Shown: positions 53,077 to 64,000 of the stretch, one piece after another
Layout of the letters: each line of letters begins with the position of its first letter
Position numbering within the stretch: position 1 is the first letter of the stretch
Source of the DNA: Octopus vulgaris
Taxonomy: Eukaryota
Assembly: GCA_951406725.2 (NCBI GenBank)
Contig: OX597820.1
Location: 117,304,001-117,368,000, forward strand
Reading direction: 5' to 3'
DNA: 64,000 nt
The notes under the pieces: model-generated
The model's database searches: none
Told to the model about the DNA's origin: nothing
What the model saw: only the letters and a program-made list of their open reading frames with translations
Made by a program: the position numbers and the translations under genes

Positions 53077-53870
53077 TTCCCTAAACTACATACCGCTCTC
53101 TCTACATGTGTGTGGTGTGTGTGTCTTTGTGTTTACCTTTGTCTGGACAATATGTGAAAAATATCTCTTGCTATGGCAAAATATTCCCTGGATTTGTTAT
53201 GGGCAAAGGTTGGCAACAGGGAGGGCATCTGTCCATAAAAAAAATATCTGCCTCAAGAACAGAAAAGGTGACGTTTGATAATGGATAGAGAGTGGGGGAG
53301 AGGAGAGGAGAGGGAGGGAGAGAAATAGATAGACAAGGAGGGAGGGAAGGAGAGAGTGACTGTATTAACCCCCTCCCCTTAAATCATATAATTCTAAAAG
53401 AAGTGGAAACAAAACCATCACTAATTACAACTAATGTGGCTTGATGTTTCCATTCTTCTCCATGAATGTTAATCGTTAGGCACACCCTGCATGTATAAAC
53501 CTACATTAAAAATGGGTGTTAATGTTGTAGTAATATTAATTAACAGGAGAAATTGCTAAGAATTCCATAAATTGTTTCTGTTAAAGAAAGATGATAATAA
53601 ATCCTGAGGACAAAATGAGTGAGTCATCAGTCATCAGTCATCAGTCAAACATGAATAAGCATTTTCAGTGCTTTAATTCCTTATGAATTTGGAATTAATG
53701 AAACAGAACAATGTCAGAATTCTTAAGACAGTTTCACAAACACACACACACGCACGCACACATGCCTGCATGAGTCCATATGCGTGTGTGTGTTTGTGTG
53801 TGTGTGTGTGTTTAAGCTTGCTAATTTCAATGTGAATATTTTAATCATGTAGGTTATGTATGTATATATA

Positions 53871-54281
53871 GGTGCAGGAGTGGCTGTGTGGTAAGTAGCT
53901 TGCTTACCAACCACATGGTTCCGGGTTCAGTCCCACTGCGTGGCATCTTGGGCAAGTGTCTTCTGCTATAGCCCCGGGCCGACCAATGCCTTGTGAGTGG
54001 ATTTGGTAGATGGAAACTGAAAGAAGCCTGTCGTATATATGTATATATATGTATGTGTGTGTGTGTGTGTTTGTGTGTCTGTGTTTGTCCCCCTAGCATT
54101 GCTTGACAACCGATGCTGGTGTGTTTACGTCTCCGTCACTTAGCGGTTCAGCAAAAGAGACCGATAGAATAAGTACTGGGCTTACAAAGAATAAGTCCCG
54201 GGGTCGATTTGCTCGACCAAAGGCAGTGCTCCAGCATGGCCACAGTCAAATGATTGAAACAAGTAAAAGATAGTAAAAGAG
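53871..54281 (+). mobile_element. SINE family A
   Basis: Full-length homolog. Confidence 0.85.
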
Positions 54282-54317
54282 TATACATATAAACACACAC
54301 ACACACATATAGATATA

Positions 54318-55369
54318 CAGGGTGCAATGGATAAATTGTTGCCATTTTATATTTTTAATTTCACACACGCCCATTGTCCCTTGCAGTATAGACCCTCCCC
54401 ATCACTTAGGAGTGAGAAATTTTCCTTTTCCTTTCTTCCTGTGCCTTTTTTTTTTTCCTTTTTTCTTTTTCTGTCTTGCAAGTTACTTGGCAACTTCCGA
54501 AGTGCTCGTGGCATGGAAAAACAAAAAGGGGGCACCTAGTACATACTGCCAAGTGGCTGGCATTAGGAAGGGCTTGATGCAGCCCTGCAGCTCACTGGAT
54601 CCCACCAAACCATTCAACCCATGCCAACAGAAGACTGGAAATGAACAACACTGCTTGTATGACAGTGACACTCATTTACAACCATCACATGATATCAGGA
54701 CAAGGGTACATACACACACATACATATGCCACCACTGCCATCATCATCATCATCATCATCATTATTTAACTCTTTAGCATTTTAGCATTTTAAACCGACC
54801 ATATAAAACCCAAATATTCAACCTGTTTTGTGTTCAAACCAGCTAGGATCCTACCTCTCACACCAACCCGATACTGTCATTCCAAAAATATACAATCACA
54901 CAATTGAAATCTCAAAGCTACAATTCTATATTTAAGAGATGAGGAATTATTTACATTATTTACATTTGACGGATATTTGTCTTCATCTTGTTTGTTGTTA
55001 ACCCGTTTCAGCTGATATACCCTCCAGCCTTTACCAGGTGTCTTGGGGAAATTTCGAACCTGGGTTCTCATTCCTCAGGTATTTTTCGATGTTGTTGTTG
55101 CTGTTGTTATTATTATTATCATTATCATTATTATCATTATTATCATTATTATTATTAATATTATTATTATTATAATTCAGGTCCTGAAGAACTGCTGGAG
55201 ATTCCGAAGACATCTGGAGGCGATGGTTGAAGCCAATGGTAATTTTATTAAATAAATATACTCTTTATTATTTCAAGATATTTTAATGTAATTTTGGTAA
55301 ATATACCTGTCAAAATGAGACATCAGGGTTATTTTCATATTTAGACAACAATTTATTCACTCCACCCTG
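54318..55369 (+). mobile_element. Tc1/mariner-type non-autonomous element interrupted by nested insertions
   Basis: TIRs cagggtgcaatggataaattgt / acaatttattcactccaccctg, TA flanks, and the transposase C-terminal remnant CWRFRRHLEAMVEANGNFIK* at 55192-55255. Confidence 0.7.
54922..55180 (-). mobile_element. Further copy of the hammerhead repeat family (degenerate core)
   Basis: Aligns to 11447-11607 and 50901-51030; core mutated to CTGGTAA. Confidence 0.7.
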
Positions 55370-55389
55370 TATATACTCAAATACATGTA

Positions 55390-55662
55390 TGTATATATAT
55401 ATATACACACAATATTTGTGTGTATATATATATACACATAATATATATACATACCTATATACTTAATATTTATATATTATATATATACACACACAATATT
55501 TGTATATATATATATATATACACATAATATATATACATACATATATACTTAATATTTATATATTATATATATACACACACAATATTTGTATATATATATA
55601 TATACACATAATATATATACATACATATATACTTAATATTTATATATTATATATATACACAC

Positions 55663-55710
<48 letters not shown>

Positions 55711-56049
55711 ATATATATACATACATACATATATACTTAATATTTATATATTATATATATACACACACAAACATACACATATATATATATATATATATAC
55801 ATACACATAATATATATACATACATACATATATACTTAATATTTATATATTATATATATACACACACAATATTTGTATATATATATATATACACATAATA
55901 TATATACATACATACATATATACTTAATATTTATATATTATATATATACACACACAATATTTGTATATATATATATATACACATAATATATATACATACA
56001 TACATATATACTTAATATTTATATATTATATATATACACACACAATATT

Positions 56050-56091
<42 letters not shown>

Positions 56092-56098
56092 TAATATA
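55390..56098. repeat. ~80-90-bp AT-rich higher-order repeat built from TA/CA microsatellite
   Basis: Recurring tacttaatatttatatattatatatatacacacacaatatttgtata. Confidence 0.85.
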
Positions 56099-57139
56099 TA
56101 TATGTGCATACTATTTATACATACATATATACTTATATTAAACACACGTGCACACACGCACACACACACACACACTCACACACATACACATATCACACAC
56201 ACCTATGTTGGTAGCATGGGAAGTTAAGGATGTCGAAACCAATCTTTAAATACAGTTGGACATTTATTCAGCTCGGCGTTCCCTCGTTTCTGCCAATGCA
56301 TCAACCACAAGCAATGTTTTATGGCTAATAAATGTATTAGTTTTGAAACCCAACCACTGAGATCATAATACAGTTTGTCACATTTCCTCTTCAACAATCT
56401 ACTCCAATTCAGTGAAGTGTAGTTATGCAGGATATACATACTTGAATAGTTGACTCCATTCGCTGTGACTATACAGAGAAAGAATTTCTACTAAACTTAC
56501 ACACGCCCTCAACATTGATAGAAGAGAGAGAGAGACAGAGAGAGAGAAGGAGAGAGAGGATTTCATACAAATGAAGATGTAGATGGAAGACACTGTACAT
56601 TAAAAGATCTGTGGAATGTTCTTAAATTATCTGCCATTGTTGCAAGTCCATTTGAAAGCTGACCAATCTGCTCACACAATAAATGATATTGTGTCGATAT
56701 TGATTTTGATTCGAAATTCATAGGCATTACAGTTAAAAAGTGATAAAGATCACTACACACATAAAGCGAACATGTTTTATTCTGTGCAATCCGATTTACA
56801 TCTTGCTACAATGATGAAAAACACTGTTCCTTATCAGGAATTTCAGCAACTGTTTTTGTTGATATTGACAGATGCTAATCACAAAACTATTTATTATGTA
56901 AATTTTTACCAGTTTTCCTCCTGTGTCTCTTATAATAAAATCGTCATCATCATCATCATCATCATCAACAACAACTTTTATTAGCCACAAGGGTCCAAGA
57001 TGTTGGGGACAGTATTGAGAACAAAGCATAAAGGAATACTGATTGCTTTTCTTTTCCACAGACGAATTAGACAAGGGACAATGTTATAAGACCAATTGTA
57101 TAAAATATGCAAGTTTAATCATTTCTAACAGAAATTTTG

Positions 57140-58054
57140 GGAAGTTTTCAGTATTCTTTAATACTAGTTGGCCCCTTGGAAGTTTTCACTATTCTTTAAT
57201 ACTAGCTGGCCCCTTGGAAGTTTTCATTATTCTTTAATACTAGCTGGCCCCTTGGAAGTTTTCACTATTCTTTAATACTAGCTGGCCCCTTGGAAGTTTT
57301 CAGTATTCTTTAATACTAGCTGGCCCCTTGGAAGTTTTCAGTATTCTTTAATACTAGCTGGCCTCTTGGAAGTTTTCAGTATTCTTTAATACTAGCTGGC
57401 CCCTTGGAAGTTTTCAGTATTCTTTAATACTAGCTGGCCCCTTGGAAGTTTTCAGTATTCTTTAATACTAGCTGGCCCCTTGGAAGTTTTCACTATTCTT
57501 TAATACTAGCTGAACCCTTGGAAGCTTTCACTATTCTTCAAAACTAGCTGAACCCTTGGAAGTTTTCAGTATTCTTTAATACTAGCTGGTCCCTTGGAAG
57601 TTTTCAGTATTCTTTAACACTAGCTGGTCCCTTGGAAGTTTTCAGTATTCTTTAATACTAGCTAGTCCCTTGGAAGTTTTCAGTATTCTTTAATACTAGC
57701 TGGCCCCTTGGAAGTTTTCAGTATTCTTTAATACTAGCTGAACCCTTGGAAGTTTTCAGTATTCTTTAATACTAGCTGAACCCTTGGAAATTTTCAGTAT
57801 TCTTTAATACTAGCTGGCCCCTTGAAAGTTTTCAGAATTCTTTAATACTAGCTGGCCCCTTGGAAGTTTTCAGTATTCTTTAATACTAGCTGAACCCTTG
57901 GAAGTTTTCAGTATTCTTTAATACTAGCTGAACCCTTGGAAGTTTTCAGTATTCTTTAATACTAGCTGAACCCTTGGAAGTTTTCAGTATTCTTTAATAC
58001 TAGCTGGCCCCTTGGAAGTTTTCAGTATTCTTTAATATTAGCTGAACCCTTGGA
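57140..58054. repeat. 38-bp minisatellite, about 24 copies
   Basis: Unit ggaagttttcagtattctttaatactagctggcccctt; no unique spacers. Confidence 0.95.
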
Positions 58055-58287
58055 AAACCCAACAGATGCAAGGGTTTTTTTTTTAGCTTTTAACTTTTTA
58101 TTTACCCCTTTAGCAACCACAGACAAACAGACAAAGACGAGTGATTACATTACCCTGCTCTTGCTTATGCACCCAGGGTAATGAAAAGTCAGTGAAATGG
58201 AAGAAGGACTAGATTTAATTTCACCAGAGTATAAATATCTATAATGGTGATACTTATGAATCGACTCACATCTGCATGTGTATAGAT

Positions 58288-58506
58288 CAGTGGTTTTCAA
58301 CCAGGGTTCTGTGGAACCTTAGGGTTCCGCCAGTACAGTCCAGGGGTTCCGCAAGAAGTTAGAAAACTGCTAAAATCGGCAGTAATTTTTAATTTTTCTG
58401 TGCAGATATGTGTGCATAAGATTATTAAATTATTGCACAGGGGTCCCCCGAGCCAGTGGAATGTTTCCTTGGGGTTCCGCTCCAGCAAAAAGTTTGAAAA
58501 GCACTG
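58288..58506 (+). mobile_element. hAT (Charlie-like) MITE
   Basis: TIRs cagtggttttcaa / ttgaaaagcactg; perfect 8-bp TSD GTATAGAT; internal GGTTCC repeats. Confidence 0.88.
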
Positions 58507-59120
58507 GTATAGATCATGGTATACCTATGCACATAGACATGTGTGGGTACATATATATATGCAACTGTTTGTGTGCATGTGCTTGTATGTGTGTGTGTGT
58601 GTGTGTACAGTGATGGATTCAAGGATTTCGTTTGTTTATGAGTTGATTTCTTAATTTCAATGGAGTATAAATTACCTAGAATGGTGATACTTGAAAAAAA
58701 AATAATAATTCAATTAAAAAGCATGGGTATGGAACGCTTTGTAAGCCACACTATAAGTTGCAGGAAAATCTATCTGCACCCAGGGTGTGCATCACCCCCA
58801 CCCCACCACCCCGTGCCTATTTCATTTTCATTAGTACTGAATTACTCTGCTCCTTCCTTAATTTTTCCTCCTTCCACTCACATTCTTGAAACCAATATTA
58901 TTAGTGCTACCATAAATAAATATAAAACAAATTTTCCCTTTCCCAGGTTTTGCTCCAAACATCAAGATTCCTCTTATTCTTCCCCTCAACCCAGAAACAT
59001 TTTTCAGTTTGCAAACTTAACAGCAAGTATGGCTGTGTTGACAAGAAGATTGCTTCTCAACCATGCGGTTTGAAGTTCAGTCCCACTGTGTGGCACCTTG
59101 AGCAAGTGTCTTCTACTATA

Positions 59121-59354
59121 TATTTCTTTACTACCCACAAGGGGCTAAACACAGAGGAGACAAACAAGGACAGACAAACGAATTAAGTCAATTACATCGA
59201 CTCCAGTGCGTAACTGGTACTTAATTTATTGACCCCGAAAGGATGAAAGGCAAAGTCGACCTCGGCGGAATTTGAACTCAGAACGTAACAGCAGACGAAA
59301 TACAGCTACGCATTTCGCCCGGCATGCTAACGTTTCTGCCAGCTCGCCACCTTA
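59121..59354 (-). mobile_element. SINE family B monomer inserted into a family A head
   Basis: TSD-like cttctactata / cttctattata; the host SINE continues after 59355. Confidence 0.8.
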
Positions 59355-60129
59355 CTTCTATTATAGCCACAGGTTAACCAGTGTCTCATGAGTGGACATG
59401 GTAGACTGCCTTTGCTGATTATAATGAATTCTAAAACTACTCACAAGACAACAATCTGGACATCAGCAGAAATCAAGAGAGAAAATTAAAGCTGATTACA
59501 CACCCCCAGTATTTAACTGGTACTTAATTAGTGACTTTGAAACAATGAAAAGTGAAGTCAATCTTGATGGGATTTGATCCCAGAGCATGAAGCGTATGGC
59601 AGTTTGCCTTTCTACTGCCTTTGATGTCTATTGTTTATCTTCTGTCTTTCACTTGCTTCAGTTATTGAACTGTGGCCACGCTGGAGCACTGCCTTGAAGG
59701 GTTTAATCAATCAAATCAACCCTAGGACTTATATTTTTAAGTCTGACACTTAGTGACATTTTTTTGGCTAAAATGACACTAGTTACAGGGACATAAACAA
59801 ACCAGCACCAGTTCTCAAGGAGTGAGGTGAGGACAAATGGCCACACAAAAACACACAAGCATGTAGATACATGATGGCCTTCCACAGAGTTCCCATCTAC
59901 CAATTTCACTCACAAGTCCTGGAGCCATGGTAGAAGACACTTGCCCAAGGTGCTGCACAGTGGGACTGAACTGGAAAGCACATGGTTGCAAAGCCAGTTT
60001 CTTAACCACATTGCCTTATGTTCTGAAATAAAACTTGACAAAATCCAGTAAGCCAGCTAATATCAAATGTACGGCAAAGTAGAGAAAATTATGAGTCATA
60101 TGGAAAGATGAACAGAAACAATATAAAGA

Positions 60130-60490
60130 ATAGAAAAAAGACAAAGAGAAAGGTTACAGGAGAAGGTTAGAAGGAAATTCCAAAATTTGAATTGCAAAAG
60201 AGATGAAAAATAGTAGGATTTCTCGACCAGCCAAAAGCTGTTTTTGAAATTAACCATTGTAAGATCCTGTGGAATTTCTTGGTGTAAATTGATCTTGGAA
60301 TATTGGAACGGCTGAGTATAATAAATAAAGAAGAAGAAAAATAAAGCAACGTGTACGGGATTATTGATTTTGTTGTATGAAATGATAGCAGAGCCAAAAC
60401 GACAGAAAGAGAAACGATAGCAAAATATCTGGACTTTGCCAGAGAAAAGAGAAAACTCAAAAACACGAGGGTGGAGGTTATATCATAGAA
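60130..60490 (+). mobile_element. Degenerate Dong/R4-type LINE restriction-like endonuclease region
   Basis: DQPKAVFE...CKILWNFLV*ID...IIDFVV*ND...E.E.IAKYLDFARE.RKL...VEVI matches KILWDF.IQTD...IID.A.P.D...KE.EK..KY.DL..E. Confidence 0.7.
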
Positions 60491-61664
60491 ACACCAGCAA
60501 CAATAGCAAAATAGCTAACAGTTTATCCACTCAGTCACTGATGCATCTACATGCATCAGTGACACGGCAGGGAAAGTTATTGCGGTTAGTTTTTCAATAA
60601 AGGTTAGCAATCAGTGTGTTCAGCTGTTAACAGAAAGGTTGCTGGTTCATGTCCAGCGAGGGGTGGCTTACTTCTTTAGGTGCAGGTGTCGCTATGTGGC
60701 TAAGAAGATTCCCAACCGCATGGTTTCGGGTTCAAGCCTACAGTGTGGCACTTTGGGCAAATGTCTTCTACTACAGCCCAAGGTTGACCAAAGCCCAACA
60801 AGTGGATTCAGGAGACAGAAACTGAAAGAAACTTGTGTATGTAGAGATAGCTTTTATGTCTTGCTTGTTTCAGTCGTTAGACTGTGGCCATGCTGGGGCA
60901 CTGCCTTGAAGAATTTTTAGCCTATTATACCAGTCTCCTTTACCGAGTCACTATGTTATAGGGACATAAACAAACCAGCACTGGTTGTGAAGAGGTGATG
61001 TGAGGCAAACACAGATATATATATATAGATGCACAGACATATTTGTATGAAAGGCTTCTTTCAGTTTCCTTCTACCAAATCCACTCACAAGGCTTTGGTC
61101 AGCCTGAGGCTATAGTAGAAGACACTTGCCCAAGGTGCTACACAGAGGGACTGAACCTGGAATCATGTGGTTGGGAAGCAAACTTCTTACCACACAGCCA
61201 CACCTGTGCCTATGTGTGTGTGTGTGTATACACACATATCTTATCTTCTACCTGTTTCAGTTATTAGACTGTGGCCTTGCTGGGGCACCACCTTGAAGCA
61301 TTTTGGTCAAATAAATCAACACCAGTATTATTTTTTTTAAAGCCCAGCACTTATTCTATCGATCTCTTTTGATGAACCGCTGAATTACAGAGACATAAAC
61401 ACACTAACACCAATCGTCAAGCGGTGGTGCGGAACAAAGACACACACCCATATAAAATAACAACTTCCTCTTTAAGAGCATGTGTGTTTGAAAAGGTTTG
61501 ACAAAAGCGCTCACATGCTAGAAAAAACTTCTTCCCAAAAATGGTTAGCAACATCCTCCTAAAAGATTTTATAACATTTTTTAAAAAACAATATTTTTTT
61601 AAAAATCACCTTTACACTTCAACAACTGTATAAAGTAATCCTCATAGACTTTCATATATATATA

Positions 61665-62058
61665 CTCTTTACTCTTTTACTTGTTTCAGTCATTTGACTG
61701 CGGCCATGCTGGAGCACCGCCTTTAGTCGACCAAATCGACCCCGGGTCTTATTCTTTGTAAGCCCAGTACTTATTCTATCGGTCTCTTTTGCCGAACTGC
61801 TAAGTAACGGGGACGTAAACACACCAGCATCAGTTGTCAAGCAATGCTAGGGAGACAAACACAGACACACAAACACACACACACATACATATACACGACA
61901 GGCTTCTTTCAGTTTCCGTCTACCAAATCCACTCACAAGGCATTAGTCGGCCCGGGGCTATAGCAGAAGACACTTGCCCAGGATGCCACGCAGTGGGACT
62001 AAACCTGGAACCATGTGGTTGGTTAGCAAGCTACTTACCACACAGCCACTCCTGCGCC
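61665..62058 (-). mobile_element. SINE family A
   Basis: Full-length homolog; older copies at 59645-60010, 60680-61440 and 62885-63048. Confidence 0.85.
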
Positions 62059-62117
<59 letters not shown>

Positions 62118-62119
<2 letters not shown>

Positions 62120-62426
62120 CCGTAATCACAGTAACCGACCAGGCAATCAGATGTTGTTACACATCGCTGGTCACAATGCGCTTCACATTGTTTTAGCCTT
62201 CAAATGACACCACCCCACTGGCTAAGCGAGCAGGCCAACATAAGAAAGAGTGAGAGAAAGTTTTGACGAAAGAGTACAGAAAGGATCGCCACCACCCCCT
62301 GCCGGAGCCTCGTGGAGCTTTAGGTGTTTTCGCTCAATAAACACTCACAATGCCTGGTCTGGGAATCGAAACCACGATCCTACAGCCGCAAGTCCACTGC
62401 CCTAACCACTGGACCATTGCGCCTCC
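62118..62426 (-). mobile_element. tRNA-derived SINE family E
   Basis: Head ggaggcgcaatggtccagtggttagggcagtggacttgcgg...ggtttcgattccc with A/B boxes; related heads at about 5330 and 30897. Confidence 0.75.
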
Positions 62427-62564
62427 ACACACACATATATATATATATCGTTAAAGACACAAAACTGAGTATTAGTATTTTTCGATTGATAACTGATGAA
62501 GAATTACGGTCCTTCTGTGTCTGCCCTACGGGTACGTTTTGTAGTATTTAATGCATTTTTCATT

Positions 62565-62608
<44 letters not shown>

Positions 62609-62651
62609 TCATCATCATCGTTTAATGTCCGTTTTCCATGCTAGCATGGGT

Positions 62652-62720
<69 letters not shown>

Positions 62721-62821
62721 TTTTAAACATACCTAATGTGCCTACTATGATAGGAATTGTTTCTGTTTTCAGACTCCACATTCAAGTTACCTCTATTTCC
62801 AGATCTTATTATTATTATTAT

Positions 62822-62884
<63 letters not shown>

Positions 62885-63557
62885 TACGCAACAGGTTTCT
62901 TTCAGTTTCCATCTACCAACTCCATTGAGAAAGGTTTGATCGGCCTGAGGCTATAGAAGACACTAGCCCAAGGTGCCAAGCAGTGGGACTGAGCCTGGAA
63001 CCATGTGGTTGGGAAGCAAGCTTCTTACCACACAGCCACACCTGCGCCCATGATAATAATGGTGTTGGAAGTTTTGAGTCCCATACAGAACTATAGCACA
63101 TCCGGAAGTAAGACCTCTAACGATAATTTGAGAGTAATTCAACAACACCTAACTTACCAATAAGCAGAAAAATAAAAAAAATCATCTTTTCCAGCTTATT
63201 TTAACATAAAAGTATGTTTGTTGCAAAAAAATTTAAATATTCATACAACTGTAGAGATTACCGAAATGTCAATAATTCTAGAAGAAGCAGTAAATATTAC
63301 AATTGCTTGCATGCAATAATGTTGTTTCAAACATAAAAGGAACCTTTGAGCCTTCGACGCTTTCAATTCTGTCCTCTGTTTCCCAGAAGAGTGTAACAGT
63401 ATTTGAAGTGTTAAGAATTATTACCAATAGGTATTATGGTGTTAAACCAACTGCAATGGAGTTGAGATGATGTAAGTATTATCACAATTTCGCCTGGTGT
63501 ATTAATGGATACTTCACACCAGGTTGCAGTAATAATGCTTTCTACTTTTGGTATACT

Positions 63558-63948
63558 CTCTTTTACTTGTTTCAGTCATTTGACTGCGGCCATGCTGGAG
63601 CACCGCCTTTAGTCGAGCAACTCGACCCCGGGACTTATTCTTTTTGTAAGACCAGTACTTATTCTATCGGTCTCTTTTGCCGAACCGCTAAGTAATGGGG
63701 ACAAACACACCAGCATCGGTTGTCAAGCAATGCTAGGGGGACAAACACACTCACACAAACACACACACGCATATATATATATATATATATATATACGACG
63801 GGCTTCTTTCAGTTTCCGTCTACCAAATCCACTCACGAGGCTTTGGTCGGCCCGAGAAGACACTTGCCCAAGGTGCCACACAGTGGGACTGAACCCGGAA
63901 CCATGTGGTTGGTTAGCAAGCTACTTACCACACAGCCACTCCTGTGCC
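63558..63948 (-). mobile_element. SINE family A
   Basis: Full-length homolog. Confidence 0.85.
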
Positions 63949-64000
63949 TATGAGGCCTGAAATTTTGTGGGGAGGGGCTTCAGTCGATTACATCGATCCC

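Noticed and set aside
56205-56512. Mariner-like terminal remnant
   Set aside because: Only one TIR-like end (aaacttacacacgccctc) and no partner or transposase motif.
57140-58054. CRISPR-like periodicity (38-bp unit; also the 60-bp arrays)
   Set aside because: Contiguous near-identical units, no unique spacers, no cas genes, eukaryotic context.
62492-62540. CTGATGAAG as a hammerhead (also at 39424 and 45024; loose candidates near 258 and 21585)
   Set aside because: No properly placed GAAA/UH or paired stems.

Overview
AT-rich, repeat-dense animal genomic DNA, most likely octopus (inferred from the SINE repertoire and the long (TA)n/(CA)n/(AAT)n tracts). The only host coding sequence I can support is the terminal exon of a heparan-sulfate 6-O-sulfotransferase (HS6ST) on the minus strand (38021-38636). 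I did not find its upstream catalytic exon in the remaining 25 kb. The rest is transposon-derived: several tRNA-derived SINE families (some as tandem multimers), LINE remnants (CR1-group, RTE, Dong/R4), a complete fossil Merlin element, piggyBac/Tc1/hAT MITEs, a long-TIR foldback element and minisatellites. The most notable signal is about 15 minimal type-I hammerhead ribozyme motifs from at least 7 sequence families. They sit in Penelope-like (PLE) pseudo-LTRs, often as inverted pairs and often inside (TA)n. One belongs to a Naiad-type GIY-YIG fragment, and one family has a tRNA-like Pol III head fused to the hammerhead tail, a candidate PLE-mobilised ribozyme SINE. Everything was read by eye; repeat boundaries are approximate and family names were not checked against any database.
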